This document shows, one piece after another, positions 10,880 to 21,707 of a DNA stretch of 64,000 nucleotides. A model generated the notes under the pieces. It searched no databases. It saw nothing but the letters and a program-made list of their open reading frames with translations, and was not told where the DNA came from. The stretch spans positions 3,831 through 67,830 of IMG/VR virus record IMGVR_UViG_3300042922_000152; one strand, given 5' to 3'. This DNA comes from a virus. Position 1 is the first letter of the stretch; each line of letters starts with the position of its first letter. A program made the position numbers and the translations under genes.

Positions 10880-11526
10880 TGGAGTTTTGGTTGAGCTTCA
10901 ACAATGGTGCAGAGCGCATAAGACTTCCTGTCAATCCTGAAACGCTGCGAATCAAGTTTGGCATGAAATACGATGACATTCAGGTGAATAAGCTCGGCGA
11001 GTATACAGTGATAGGAGACCCGTTGGGGGTGGAGATTGACTTCGCCTCCTTTTTTCCTCTTCGCTTTGACCCGACTTACGTTAACTATCCTGAGCCTGGC
11101 AATCCTTGGAGTCTCGTAGGTCAGATTCGCAGGTGGCATACTTCAGGAAAACCCATGCGCCTGACAATCACAGGTACACCCATCAACTATGCTATGACAA
11201 TTCGGGACTTCGAAGTTTCCGAAACGTTTGGCTCTGTTGGTGACTTATATTATTCCCTATCGTTCAAGGAATACAAGTTCATTGACGTGAAGAAGGTAGA
11301 CCTGACAGACCCGATAGTGCAAGGTTCTGGCGAAAGGCCTCCTCCTGACACAGCTTCGGCTTCAGGTAGCTCGTACACTGTCGCGTCAGGTGATTCGCTC
11401 TGGAAGATTGCAGCGAAGCAGCTTGGTAGTGGTGATAGGTGGAATGAGCTTTACGAGAAGAACAAGGCGACAATTGGGGCGAATCCTAACCTTATTAAGC
11501 CCGGGCAGGTGTTGATCATACCATGA
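10876..11526 (+). CDS. xkdP: LysM-domain tail initiator (XkdP-like)
   Basis: RLPVNPE N-terminus; Lys[14 protein letters not shown]...[11 protein letters not shown]. Confidence 0.9.
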   Translation: MMEFWLSFNNGAERIRLPVNPETLRIKFGMKYDDIQVNKLGEYTVIGDPLGVEIDFASFFPLRFDPTYVNYPEPGNPWSLVGQIRRWHTSGKPMRLTITGTPINYAMTIRDFEVSETFGSVGDLYYSLSFKEYKFIDVKKVDLTDPIVQGSGERPPPDTASASGSSYTVASGDSLWKIAAKQLGSGDRWNELYEKNKATIGANPNLIKPGQVLIIP

Positions 11527-12530
11527 GCATCAGCGTTGTGTATGTCGAAGGAGGAACGCAGACAGTTCTTGACACAATTGTTATCAGTATCACTTGGTCA
11601 GGCGATACGCAACAGGCTATGCGCAAGCTTGAAGTCAGCCTTCAAAACGTGTCTAACTTCTATGACAACGGCGCGAAGCGTGTGGTAGACATTAAGCTCG
11701 GCAAGGAATTGCGTCTGCTGGAAGATTCGAAGGAACTTTTTCGTGGCGTTGTGTTCGCCACTGAAATTGACCTGAGAGGACACTTCACCTGTACTGCCTA
11801 TGACGAGGCTGTGTACCTGACGAAGAATAGCGATAGCAAGAAGTGGCTGAAAAAGAAAGCGTCCGACATCGTAAGCGAGCTTTGCAGCGAGTATGGCATT
11901 GCGACAGGCTCTATTGAGGATACAGGCTATGTCATTCCAAAAATGATCATTAAGAATAAATCTCTGTACGAGCATATCATAACCGCATTAACCGAAACTC
12001 GCAAGAACAATGGCAGAACGTTCAAGCTCATTCAGGCTGATGGCAAGCTGAACCTGTACGAGCGCAAGAAGCAAGTTAGTCAGCATGTGATAGAGAATGG
12101 TGTGAACCTCATAGAGGCCAGCTATTCTGTGAACATGGATGACATGCGCACGAAGGTTAAGGTCATCGGAGGCAAGGAAGACGCGCCTGTGGAAGTGGTA
12201 GAACAAAATTCTGCTTTGATAGCTGATTATGGCATCATGCAGCATGTCGAGGAAGTATCTGACGACGATGCCACGCAAGCGCAGATGCAGGCGAAGGCGA
12301 AGGAATTGCTTGAACAGCTTGGCACGTTTGACGACGAGGCAGAAATTGAATGCCTTGGTATAACTGAAGTCATTTCAGGAACAGCTATCTACGTCAAAGA
12401 GCCTATGACGAACATCATGGGTGGCTATTACGTTACCGCAGACACGCATTCCTTTGAAGGCACAAAGCACATTATGAGCCTGACGCTTTCAGCTACCGAC
12501 GATATTCCTACTATGAAGTACGAGGAGTGA
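11523..12530 (+). CDS. xkdQ: Baseplate hub protein (XkdQ-like)
   Basis: [27 protein letters not shown]. Confidence 0.85.
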   Translation: MSISVVYVEGGTQTVLDTIVISITWSGDTQQAMRKLEVSLQNVSNFYDNGAKRVVDIKLGKELRLLEDSKELFRGVVFATEIDLRGHFTCTAYDEAVYLTKNSDSKKWLKKKASDIVSELCSEYGIATGSIEDTGYVIPKMIIKNKSLYEHIITALTETRKNNGRTFKLIQADGKLNLYERKKQVSQHVIENGVNLIEASYSVNMDDMRTKVKVIGGKEDAPVEVVEQNSALIADYGIMQHVEEVSDDDATQAQMQAKAKELLEQLGTFDDEAEIECLGITEVISGTAIYVKEPMTNIMGGYYVTADTHSFEGTKHIMSLTLSATDDIPTMKYEE

Positions 12531-12534
12531 TAAC

Positions 12535-12948
12535 ATGGACAGACTTGAAGGCGCAGGCGTTTCAAAGCTCGCTCAGGTTATTCGCAGCCTCGGGTATAAC
12601 AAAGACGTTGACATTATCTTTGGTACTATTAAGGCTGAACCCCCTGACATCAAGATAAGCCTTGATAACTTCGAGTTTGAGTTGGACAAAGATGACGTGT
12701 ACTTTGTCGAGTCTCTACTTCCTCGCAAGGTAAAGCTGAAAGCGCAGCTTCGTAGTGACTCGGTTTCAAGCTCTATGTCTACAGCAGGCTATACGCCTCA
12801 CACGCACGACATTTCAAAGATGGACATTGACGGCAAGCTCGAAGTAGAATACACGCAAGAAGACAATGGTCTAAAGGTAGGAGATAGGGTTATATTGATT
12901 GATTACGGACAGGCCTATCTTGTACTCGACAAGGTGGTGAAGTTATAA
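12535..12948 (+). CDS. Baseplate spike (XkdR / DUF2577-like)
   Basis: HTH metal motif, LKVGDRVIL, YLVLDKV. Confidence 0.75.
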   Translation: MDRLEGAGVSKLAQVIRSLGYNKDVDIIFGTIKAEPPDIKISLDNFEFELDKDDVYFVESLLPRKVKLKAQLRSDSVSSSMSTAGYTPHTHDISKMDIDGKLEVEYTQEDNGLKVGDRVILIDYGQAYLVLDKVVKL

Positions 12949-13370
12949 TGGCGCTATCTCCTTTGAATAGCAGCGCACCGCGAACGCAGGTCATAGAGAC
13001 AACCGTACTGCCTTCAAGGACTTATGAATTTGATTTCACTACAGGCGAGTTTACAGGAAGGATGATAGACGAAGAAACAGCTATTCGGCAATTCATCATG
13101 AAGGCTATATACACGCCACGCTTTCGACACATCATCTACACCTATCGTTATGGCTGCGAGGTAGATTCCTTGATAGCTGAGAGCTTGCCTTACGATATGG
13201 TTGTGATGGAAGTCGAGCGTATGATACGGGAGGCGCTGATCTACGACGAGCGCATTTCTACCGTTACGGACTTCAGCTTCTCGCAGAAGGCAGACAAGCT
13301 TTATGTGGCGTTTACAGTAACAACGAACACAGGAATTGCTTACAGAGAGGAGGCGAATTTTGATGTTTGA
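12948..13370 (+). CDS. Baseplate wedge protein (XkdS / DUF2634-like)
   Basis: TPRFRHIIY..YG.E, IREALIYDERI. Confidence 0.85.
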   Translation: MALSPLNSSAPRTQVIETTVLPSRTYEFDFTTGEFTGRMIDEETAIRQFIMKAIYTPRFRHIIYTYRYGCEVDSLIAESLPYDMVVMEVERMIREALIYDERISTVTDFSFSQKADKLYVAFTVTTNTGIAYREEANFDV

Positions 13371-14412
13371 GGAACAAACCTCGGCGACAATCTTCGCCCG
13401 AATGTTGCTGAAAATTCCTGACAACGTTGACAAGCGCGAGGGCAGTATTGCACATGACATGCTCATGCCCTCGGCTGTCGAACTCGCTCAGGCCTATATT
13501 GAGCTTAACAATGTGCTGAACTTCGGCTTTGGTGATACGACTTACGGCGAGTACCTTGATAGGCGTGTATCTGAAGTAGGCCTTACGCGCAAGCTTGCTG
13601 CAAAGGCTAACGGGTACGTCAACTTCTATGGAGGTACTGTAGGTACTTTCATTCCTTCAGGAACGCTCCTGCAAACAGCCGATGGCATTCAGTTTATAAC
13701 CACCGATAACGTGACGCTTGCGAGTGCAGGCAATGCGAATAACATCCCCATCATTGCTGTCCTCGAAGGCTCTACAGGTAATGTGCCTATTGGCGCTATC
13801 GTACAAACTCCTGGCTCTACAGGCTTCCTCGTCAATAACACCGCTCCGACCTCTGGAGGCGTTGACATAGAGAACGACGAAGACCTTCGCAAGCGCTACT
13901 TTCAGCGTGTGCGTACCTTCGGCGCAGCGGGAAGTATTGGCGATTACATTCGTCTTGCAATGGAAATTCCCGGTATTGCTGATGCTCGTGTATTCTCAGC
14001 ATGGGATGGACCTACTACGGTCAAGATTGTCCTGTTAGGCACAGACAGGCGAACTCCTTCAGCTACTCTCATTGCGCGCACAGCAGCGCACATCGAGACG
14101 AACAGGCCTCTTGGAGCGCAGGTGACTGTAGTAGGTGCTACAGAAATCGCAATCAACGTACACGCAAACCTGACTTTGAAAGCAGGTGGCGTTATGAGCA
14201 ACGCAATTGCGCAGATTACCGCGAATGTCGTAGAGTATCTGAAAACGCTGGCTTTTACAGACCAAATCATTCGCTATACAAAAATAGCTGACTGCGTTTT
14301 GAATGCAGCGGACGTTCTTGACTATGCGAATCTTACGGTCAATGGCTCAAATTCGAACGTACAGATTGCCGATGACCAAGTGGCTGTCATCGGTGCTGTC
14401 GTCAATACCTAA
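13363..14412 (+). CDS. xkdT: Baseplate J-like protein (XkdT-like)
   Basis: DKREGS, GEYLDRR, GGVDIENDEDLRKR, WDGPTTVK. Confidence 0.9.
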   Translation: MFEEQTSATIFARMLLKIPDNVDKREGSIAHDMLMPSAVELAQAYIELNNVLNFGFGDTTYGEYLDRRVSEVGLTRKLAAKANGYVNFYGGTVGTFIPSGTLLQTADGIQFITTDNVTLASAGNANNIPIIAVLEGSTGNVPIGAIVQTPGSTGFLVNNTAPTSGGVDIENDEDLRKRYFQRVRTFGAAGSIGDYIRLAMEIPGIADARVFSAWDGPTTVKIVLLGTDRRTPSATLIARTAAHIETNRPLGAQVTVVGATEIAINVHANLTLKAGGVMSNAIAQITANVVEYLKTLAFTDQIIRYTKIADCVLNAADVLDYANLTVNGSNSNVQIADDQVAVIGAVVNT

Positions 14413-14425
14413 AGGAGGATGAACT

Positions 14426-14812
14426 ATGTCTCAATTTTCTGATTACCTTGAAAATGCGCTTATCAATGCTACGCTGCGCGGTGTAAATTTCACAGCGCCT
14501 ACCGCTGTATACCTCGCGCTGTTCACCTTGAATCCCGGCGACACTGGCGCTGGTACTGAAGTCTCCGGTGGAGGCTATGCTCGTAGACCTATTACCTTTA
14601 CTGCTCCTTCGAACGGCGTAACGAGCAACAGCGCTGAGGTACTGTTCAATGCAGCCACAGCTAACTGGGGTACTATTACACACATCGGAATTTACGATGC
14701 TACTACAGGCGGAAACCTCCTGTATTACTCGCCTATCTCTAATGCGAAGACGATTAATGCGGATGATCAATTGAAGGTATCGACGGGGGATATTATCGTC
14801 TCGCTGGCATAA
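14426..14812 (+). CDS. Small tail fibre/baseplate-associated structural protein
   Basis: SDYLENALIN, YLALFT, EVSGGGYAR, WGTITHIGIYDA. Confidence 0.7.
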   Translation: MSQFSDYLENALINATLRGVNFTAPTAVYLALFTLNPGDTGAGTEVSGGGYARRPITFTAPSNGVTSNSAEVLFNAATANWGTITHIGIYDATTGGNLLYYSPISNAKTINADDQLKVSTGDIIVSLA

Positions 14813-14849
14813 AATCTTGACATAGGCCTGTCAAAAGTGAGGTGAAATC

Positions 14850-15806
14850 ATGCCAGAGGTAAACTTGGTTGATTCCCCGTTAACCATTACTGCTACGGCG
14901 GGCGTAACTGCTCGCCTTATTCGTCCTGTCGGCGGCCTCTATGTAGGAAATTTGCTTGGATGGGCGACTGTCACCGCAAATTTTTTTAAGAGGATACGTT
15001 ACGCAACCAGCGAGCTTGAAGCAACAGCATCATTTTCGGGCAAGCTTACGCGCATAACGCCCATGAGCAAGGCGTATATTCTTGGTACTGCTACTGTAGA
15101 ATGTGAGACGCTTCATCAGTATAAAAGTCTGGGGCAGGTTGGGATAACTGCCTTCGGTACTATGACCGTCAAACCTCCTAAGCGCTATAGGCTTGCAGCA
15201 GCATCCATTCAGGCTGAAGCTTCTATGGAGGCTTTTCGGTGGGACAGGTCAATCTATCAGGACATGTTGGATTACCTGCCCAAATACTATGAGGACTCGT
15301 TCACAGTCAGCAAAATCATGCAAGTTGTCGCCAACGAGTATGTGCGCCTCACAGTCAACGCCTATGACGTGCTGAATCAATTCACGCCTGAGACTGCTTC
15401 AGAGTGGGGACTTGCTCGCTGGGAAAAAATCTGCTTGATAAAGCCTCTTGAAAACGCGACGATAGCGCAGAGGCGCGCGAGCATCCTGAAGCGCCTGAGA
15501 GGAATCGGGACAGTCACTCTCAGCGTGTTCACGTCATTGATTGAGGAATACTACAGCGCGCGAATCGTGGTAGACGAAGAACTTGCACACGTCACTATAC
15601 AGTGGACAGGTATACGCGACACGCCACCTGAGTTTGCAGAAATTGAGTACCTGACTCGACAAGTATTGCCAGCTCATATGACGTTCGAATTTGAGTCTTC
15701 GTTCCTCACCTTTGAGGAGTTGGCGAAGCTGCGATTCAGTCAGCTTGCAGGCATGACATTTACTGACATCAAGAATTACATTCCACCGGGCTACGCGGGA
15801 CATTAA
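14850..15806 (+). CDS. XkdU/YmfQ-like baseplate protein with N-terminal beta-rich extension
   Basis: DYLPKYY, TASEWGLARWEK, LPAHM in the C-terminal half. Confidence 0.75.
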   Translation: MPEVNLVDSPLTITATAGVTARLIRPVGGLYVGNLLGWATVTANFFKRIRYATSELEATASFSGKLTRITPMSKAYILGTATVECETLHQYKSLGQVGITAFGTMTVKPPKRYRLAAASIQAEASMEAFRWDRSIYQDMLDYLPKYYEDSFTVSKIMQVVANEYVRLTVNAYDVLNQFTPETASEWGLARWEKICLIKPLENATIAQRRASILKRLRGIGTVTLSVFTSLIEEYYSARIVVDEELAHVTIQWTGIRDTPPEFAEIEYLTRQVLPAHMTFEFESSFLTFEELAKLRFSQLAGMTFTDIKNYIPPGYAGH

Positions 15807-15822
15807 AGGAGGTTGATAGAAC

Positions 15823-17079
15823 GTGCCCAATAAAACGCCCAACCTTGGCTTGAATCAATATCAACCTGAAGACTTTGCGCTTCGTGAGTATTTCAACGAA
15901 GACAATCAGGCGGTTGATAAGAAATTCGACGATAACACAGGTCACAGACACTCAGGCGATAACGGTGACGCGCCTCCTATCGACAGGGACGGAATAGCTA
16001 ATCAGGCTATCACTGACGAGAAGATTGTTGAGGTTCATGGCAATAAAATCATTCCCGGCACAATTCCTGCAAGCAGGCTGCGTACCTCGTCGAATGACGA
16101 AAAGATTCGCCTCATTAACTTGCACCCCGAAGTTATCTCGGCTATCACAGGTAATGCTCCTGTTGCAGGCGAGATTCCTGAAGGCAGCATTACAAAAGAA
16201 ATGCTTGCGGCTGAATCTGTAGACGGTGAAAAGCTCGAAAGCGGCACCGTAGATTATAAGCATTTCTCTTTGACGAATCGAGCCGCGCTATCAAGTCCTT
16301 TTCAGCGTTCGACAGGCACATTTTATCTCGCCAAGGACATTTTGACACTGGCGAACAAAGGACAGGCCTCTGGTGGCGCAACAGTGACGCGAGCGCTGCT
16401 GAAGGACTTGCCTGTCAAACCTAAGTGGAATTTGCACACAGCAGCACTTTCATTTCCCTCTGGCTCTGCTGGGCAGTTTAGGATTCCTCTTGACGTGTAC
16501 ACGCAGAGCGCAGGTTTCAACAATAATCAGTCCTTGCAATTCGGAATACTGACAAAGGGCATTATTCCGTATGACTACTTTGTGGGGATGAAGATCAATA
16601 TCAATGACACGCAGGTCATGAACTATCACGCCACGTTCTACGCAGCGCTTGGCAATGACTGGTATTTGAGGTTTGGCACCTACGATGTCACAAGTCAGAT
16701 GGTTAGTTCGCCACAATCTAAATTTGATTCTGTGATGATTAGCAAGCCAACTGAATCTCAGGCTGCTAACTTCACCGTGGCGCTTCCTATCGTCGCAGTA
16801 TGTCGCGGTTCATCCATCGTCAATCTGTTTGAACTTGCCTACAGTTATCTTGACTCTGTGATTACTGAAGGTCTGTTTGATACAGAGATGGTTTATGATA
16901 CTAATGGGCGTCTTCTTGAAATTGTCGATAAAGCAGATGATTCCGAGATTATGTCTACTACCATGAACTATACAGGAGGAATTTTGACTTCTGTAGTGGA
17001 AACCCTGTCTGACGGAAGCGTGGTAACAACAATATTTAATTATGTAGGTGGAAGGCTTGTAGGCGTTTCGAAATCCTAA
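15823..17079 (+). CDS. Tail fibre protein
   Basis: MPNKTPNLGL anchor, GHRHSG, short IT.EK repeats. Confidence 0.7.
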   Translation: MPNKTPNLGLNQYQPEDFALREYFNEDNQAVDKKFDDNTGHRHSGDNGDAPPIDRDGIANQAITDEKIVEVHGNKIIPGTIPASRLRTSSNDEKIRLINLHPEVISAITGNAPVAGEIPEGSITKEMLAAESVDGEKLESGTVDYKHFSLTNRAALSSPFQRSTGTFYLAKDILTLANKGQASGGATVTRALLKDLPVKPKWNLHTAALSFPSGSAGQFRIPLDVYTQSAGFNNNQSLQFGILTKGIIPYDYFVGMKININDTQVMNYHATFYAALGNDWYLRFGTYDVTSQMVSSPQSKFDSVMISKPTESQAANFTVALPIVAVCRGSSIVNLFELAYSYLDSVITEGLFDTEMVYDTNGRLLEIVDKADDSEIMSTTMNYTGGILTSVVETLSDGSVVTTIFNYVGGRLVGVSKS

Positions 17080-17092
17080 AGGAGGTTTGCAA

Positions 17093-19066
17093 ATGGCTGG
17101 TTTTAGTCCCGTATATGTCCTTAATGACAAGCTTCCTGTTAAGCTGCTGCAAGACAAGTTCACGCTGACCGAACTTGGTTATGAGCCTACATCGCAAACC
17201 ACACTCACTGTCAGCAATACTACAGCATCGTCCCAACTCACGCAGAACGAGTATGTGCGCGCGCTGATTACTGTCGAGAACTATCCTATCCGCGTATGGG
17301 TGACAGGCGAGCTTCCAACGAATGCCGCAGGTCATCTTATTGAGGCAGGGGATCAAATTGTTCTCAACTCTCCGACGCAGATCAAGAAATTTCGGGCAAT
17401 CGGTATCGGTGGTCCTGCCGTACTGCAAATTTCTTTCTATCGTCCTTATGACTCTGAAGCGCCTGAAGCTGTCACAGGCGTTGCAGCACAGCCGGGAGTG
17501 CGCCTTGTGTCGCTGACTTGGGACGCCTCGCCTGCTACTGATCTTGCCGGATACAATGTGTATCGAAACGGCTCCAAGGTCAATGACGCGCTGATTACCT
17601 CGACTTCCTACGTCATGCAGAACCTCACAGCAGGTCAGACATATATCTTCCAAGTAACAGCGCTTGACCTGTACAACAACGAATCGCTCAAGAGCGCTGC
17701 GATTGAGGTAGTACCTCTTGCGCCTGACCTTGTACCTCCTGGTGCGCCTACGAATGTCCTGATTGACCCGATTCATGCAGGCTTGCGCGTTTCGTGGGCA
17801 ATCAGTCCTGAGCTTGACCTTGCGGGCTATAACGTCTATGTCAACAATGCCCCTGTGAATCAAGGTCTGATTTTGATTCCGACATACGACATCGAAGGTC
17901 TGACTATTGGTCAATCGTACAGCGTACAGATCACCGCTGTTGATACATCCGACAATGAGTCTGCGAAATCCGCCGCTGTAAACGGCGTACCTGTTGACCT
18001 CACGCCGCCTGCAACACCTACGAACTTCAGCGCCACCGCTGCTGACCGTCAGGTTGTCCTCACTTGGTCTGCAAATACCGAACCTAATCTTGCAGGCTAC
18101 AACGTCTACAGAAACGGCGTCAAGGTTACTGCAACGCCTATCTCTGCGCTGACCTACACGAGCAGCGGCTTGACAAACGGCGTTGAGTATTCCTTCCAAG
18201 TAGCTGCTGTGAATACTCAAGGCATTGAGTCCACAAAGACTGCTGCTGTTCCCAGAACTCCTCGTGACGCTGTAGCGCCTGCAACGCCTGTGAGCCTTGC
18301 TATAACGCCTCAAGACAGCGGACTTGTCCTCACATGGTCTGCTAATACTGAAAGTGACCTTGCTGGTTACAATGTGTACCGCAATAACGTCAAGGTCAAT
18401 TCGACTCTTGTCACTAATGCGACTTACACAATGACAGGCCTCACGAACGGAACGCAGTATTCTTGCCAAGTGTCTGCTGTCGATACTTCAGGCAACGAGT
18501 CTGCAAGAACAGGCGCGATTACAGGCACGCCCAATGACCCGTCCTTGCTGCTGTACGACGATTTCAATCGTACAACCACAACTGACTTGGGTACTGCTGA
18601 TACAGGTCAGGCTTACACGTACTACGGCACAGGAGGTTCCTGGCGTTGTAACAATGGCTCTGCTGCTTATGTCGCTGTCGATGCGTTCGAAATCGGCTAT
18701 GCTGTTGTCAACTTCCCTGGACACAATCACGGCAGCATTGAGGCGCAATTCAACAGCGCGCCCAACGCTCACCTTGGCTTGGCCTTCCGTATGTCTGCTG
18801 ATGACGTTGGTCTGTCTGTACGTCCCGGAACAGGTGGTTATGCGCTTTACAAGGACGCGCAGACTGTTGTTACAACGTTCCCCTCGACGATTGCAGATGG
18901 CGACATTCTGAAGGTGACTTTCATCAATGACGACATCATTGTACACCTGAACGGTGTTGAAATCGGACGCACAAAGCTTTCCGTGTACATGACGAATACG
19001 CAGCATGGTCTTGTGTCGCGCTCTGCTCGTAGTGCTGCATATCTCAAGATTCGCAACAATTCCTAA
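17093..19066 (+). CDS. Fibronectin type III repeat protein (4 FN3 + C-terminal beta-sandwich)
   Basis: Four repeats of P..P...L.W....DLAGYNVY.N...Y..Q.TAVD...NES. Confidence 0.85.
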   Translation: MAGFSPVYVLNDKLPVKLLQDKFTLTELGYEPTSQTTLTVSNTTASSQLTQNEYVRALITVENYPIRVWVTGELPTNAAGHLIEAGDQIVLNSPTQIKKFRAIGIGGPAVLQISFYRPYDSEAPEAVTGVAAQPGVRLVSLTWDASPATDLAGYNVYRNGSKVNDALITSTSYVMQNLTAGQTYIFQVTALDLYNNESLKSAAIEVVPLAPDLVPPGAPTNVLIDPIHAGLRVSWAISPELDLAGYNVYVNNAPVNQGLILIPTYDIEGLTIGQSYSVQITAVDTSDNESAKSAAVNGVPVDLTPPATPTNFSATAADRQVVLTWSANTEPNLAGYNVYRNGVKVTATPISALTYTSSGLTNGVEYSFQVAAVNTQGIESTKTAAVPRTPRDAVAPATPVSLAITPQDSGLVLTWSANTESDLAGYNVYRNNVKVNSTLVTNATYTMTGLTNGTQYSCQVSAVDTSGNESARTGAITGTPNDPSLLLYDDFNRTTTTDLGTADTGQAYTYYGTGGSWRCNNGSAAYVAVDAFEIGYAVVNFPGHNHGSIEAQFNSAPNAHLGLAFRMSADDVGLSVRPGTGGYALYKDAQTVVTTFPSTIADGDILKVTFINDDIIVHLNGVEIGRTKLSVYMTNTQHGLVSRSARSAAYLKIRNNS

Positions 19067-19080
19067 GAGGAGGTACACGC

Positions 19081-20274
19081 ATGGAGATTATTCGCAAGAA
19101 GAAATCTTCAGGCGGACCCGTAGTTTCCGGTAATGCGTGGAAGTATCCTTTTGGGTATAACATCGAATCAGGCTTGGCGCGCTGGCCTCTCAGGCGCGCT
19201 GAGGCTGTGGACCGGATTGTGCGGGTTAACCTGACAGGTGACTCTATTACTCGCGGCGCTTACTCTTCTGACGATACGACAAAATCATATGGCGCACAGC
19301 TTCGCAATATCCTTGCACCTATCTATGGCGATAGCGGTTACGGATATATCAATGCTCGTGAAGGCTATAGCGGACTCGCTACACATCAAACAGCATCCGG
19401 CGTGTACGGCGCGCAGAAGCGCGTTCAATTCCTTGATGCTGCTGATGCTGAATATGTTCCTACTCTCGTAGGCGTAGGCGGTTTTGGTGGCGAGTACATG
19501 CGCATTTTCACCAACTGTAAATGCGTATTTAACAACGTTGTAGGCAACAAGTTCACGCTCCTGTACGTTGACCTTCCCGGCTCTGGTGAATGGGGAGGAG
19601 GCAAGGCGCGAATTGAGGTTGACGGTAACGTTGTCCTGAATAACATTGGTGACAACAGTGTCCTTGTTGAAACGCCTCGCGCTGTGACCTTCACTGTACC
19701 TGCTGGCACTCACACTATTCGCGTAGTAACTACCACGAATCGCTTCGCTGTCAGCGGCATCATCTGTCAGACTGCTGATAAAGGCATTCAGATTAATCGT
19801 GTAGGACGCGAAGCTTGGAAGACAGGCGACTGGGCGAATCGTGCTGACTCGCATCACCTTGCGTGGGAACTCACTCCTGCTGACCTGCATATCATTGCAC
19901 TCGGCACGAATGACCTGAATCCCGGCATTGTGTCGCAATCGAAAGCGAACATGTCCAAGATTATCAACGAGATTAAGGCCACGCAAGCTGACGTTTTGCT
20001 GTACCTGATGCATCAACCTGCGCAAGGATGGGCAAACTACACCGTTTGGCCTGAGTTTGTAAAAGGCTGGTACGAGCTTGCTGACGAGCATAACGTGGGC
20101 CTGCTTGATGGGCACAAAGCATGGTGGGGTAACTATCAGTACCCGAACGAAATGGGATTCTTCGCACCTTCTCCTAATGATTTCAGCGGTGGTCCCGGCA
20201 ATGATCAAGTTCACCCGAGTGACAAGGGCTACAGGTACATGGCCCTTACTATCGCTAACCTCTTGAAAGCATAA
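19081..20274 (+). CDS. SGNH/GDSL hydrolase-domain protein
   Basis: GDSIT, LGTND and DQVHP catalytic blocks. Confidence 0.85.
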   Translation: MEIIRKKKSSGGPVVSGNAWKYPFGYNIESGLARWPLRRAEAVDRIVRVNLTGDSITRGAYSSDDTTKSYGAQLRNILAPIYGDSGYGYINAREGYSGLATHQTASGVYGAQKRVQFLDAADAEYVPTLVGVGGFGGEYMRIFTNCKCVFNNVVGNKFTLLYVDLPGSGEWGGGKARIEVDGNVVLNNIGDNSVLVETPRAVTFTVPAGTHTIRVVTTTNRFAVSGIICQTADKGIQINRVGREAWKTGDWANRADSHHLAWELTPADLHIIALGTNDLNPGIVSQSKANMSKIINEIKATQADVLLYLMHQPAQGWANYTVWPEFVKGWYELADEHNVGLLDGHKAWWGNYQYPNEMGFFAPSPNDFSGGPGNDQVHPSDKGYRYMALTIANLLKA

Positions 20275-20285
20275 CACCCGCTTCC

Positions 20286-20330
20286 AGACGCCGCACGACT
20301 TTGACACTAAAGTTTGTGCGGCGTCTTTTT
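20286..20330 (+). terminator. Intrinsic terminator before lysis genes
   Basis: AGACGCCGCAC...GTGCGGCGTCT followed by T-run. Confidence 0.75.
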
Positions 20331-20361
20331 CTATAATCACCTATATAAGGGAGATGTCAAA

Positions 20362-20790
20362 ATGTTGCTTAAAACTGACAACATGTTTAGCGGCGCGCTT
20401 GCTGGGTTGTTGACTTCCGTAACTGCTTCGTTGGGGGGTTGGGACTTGGCGTTGAAGATTTTGCTCGCCTTTCAGGTCATCGACTACATTACGGGGCTGC
20501 TCGCTGCATGGAAGAGAAATGAACTTGACTCCGAAATTATGCTTTGGGGTGGCGTTCGCAAGGCTATGACGCTTATCGTCGTAGGCGTTGCGGTTATGTT
20601 TGATCATCTGGTTAACGGTGGCGAGCCGATGTTTCGCACACTCGCTGTATATTTCTATGTAGCGCGTGAAGGTCTGTCTGTTACTGAAAACCTTGGTCTG
20701 CTCGGCGTTCAGCTTCCTGATTTCATCAAGGATGCGCTGGTTCAATTGAATAAGCGCGCAGGGGTCAAGGAGGAAAAGAAGGAGGAATAA
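20362..20790 (+). CDS. Holin (phage_holin_4_1-like)
   Basis: LGGWD, IDYITG, EGLSVTENLG; transmembrane segments. Confidence 0.9.
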   Translation: MLLKTDNMFSGALAGLLTSVTASLGGWDLALKILLAFQVIDYITGLLAAWKRNELDSEIMLWGGVRKAMTLIVVGVAVMFDHLVNGGEPMFRTLAVYFYVAREGLSVTENLGLLGVQLPDFIKDALVQLNKRAGVKEEKKEE

Positions 20791-20791
20791 C

Positions 20792-21586
20792 ATGCTAATC
20801 GCTCTTGATAATGGTCACGGTGCAAACACTCCCGGCAAGCGCACTCCGAAATTCGAGGATGGAACCTTCATGCACGAATGGGAGTTTAACAGGCGCGTTG
20901 TGCAGATTCTCGCTGTCGAGCTTCAGCGCTGCGGCTTCAGCGTTCTTGAAGTGTCACCTACTGACGAGGACACTGACCTAATGGTTAGAACAGCGCGCGC
21001 GAATACTGCAAAGGCCGACTTGTTCCTTTCAGTTCATGCGAATGCACTCACAGGCTCATGGGGCAATGCGCGAGGCATTGAAACGCTGACAGCAGGTGTA
21101 GGCGAATCAGTTCGCGTTGGCGCAATCTTACAGCGTCACCTTGTAGCAGATACAGGCCTTTATGATAGAGGCTTGAAAGATGGCACATGGTTAGGCGTTG
21201 TGAAGTATACGAGAATGCCTGCTGTTCTTGTTGAGTGTGGATTCATGGATAACCTGAATGAGGCGCGCTTGCTCGTGACTGAGGAATACAGGCGCGTGTG
21301 CGCTGTCGCGTTGGCTAAAGGAGTATGCGAGGCCTACAGCGTTCAGTATATAGAGGAGGATGACGAAGAAATGAAGGAACAACTTGCGGCACTTGAAAAA
21401 CAGGTGCAAGAACTGACAGCTACTTGTCAAGAATTGAAGGCGAATGCCTCAATGAAGGCACCTTTGTGGTCTGCTGAAGCTGTCGCTGCTGCTGTGCGTA
21501 ATGGGCTTATTGATACGCCTGACGGTGGCAGCTATGACTTCTATCGCATTCTGACAGTAATGTATCGTCAAAAACTGTTCAAATAA
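20792..21586 (+). CDS. Endolysin, N-acetylmuramoyl-L-alanine amidase (Amidase_3)
   Basis: LDNGHG, E, SVHANA, PAVLVECGFMDN. Confidence 0.95.
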   Translation: MLIALDNGHGANTPGKRTPKFEDGTFMHEWEFNRRVVQILAVELQRCGFSVLEVSPTDEDTDLMVRTARANTAKADLFLSVHANALTGSWGNARGIETLTAGVGESVRVGAILQRHLVADTGLYDRGLKDGTWLGVVKYTRMPAVLVECGFMDNLNEARLLVTEEYRRVCAVALAKGVCEAYSVQYIEEDDEEMKEQLAALEKQVQELTATCQELKANASMKAPLWSAEAVAAAVRNGLIDTPDGGSYDFYRILTVMYRQKLFK

Positions 21587-21604
21587 AAAATTTTCGCTGG
21601 TTGT

Positions 21605-21634
21605 GCATAATGTACAAGCGCGTCCACATAGACT
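21605..21634 (+). promoter_or_regulatory. Putative sigmaE/sigmaG-type sporulation promoter
   Basis: GCATA-N17-CATAGACT. Confidence 0.5.
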
Positions 21635-21659
21635 ATTCATAGTCACATAGGCACACTCT

Positions 21660-21690
21660 GACCTCTGCTAACGCAGGGGTCTTTTTTATT
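21660..21690 (+). terminator. Intrinsic terminator after endolysin
   Basis: GACCTCTGC-TAAC-GCAGGGGTC + TTTTTT. Confidence 0.85.
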
Positions 21691-21707
21691 TTGTTCGAAA
21701 AATCTTC

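Noticed and set aside
15823-20274. Diversity-generating retroelement or invertible fibre cassette
   Set aside because: No reverse transcriptase, invertase or template/variable repeat pair seen; the repeats are FN3 domains.
20301-20337. TTGACA and TATAAT around the terminator before the holin
   Set aside because: Spacer is 25 bp, too long for sigmaA.
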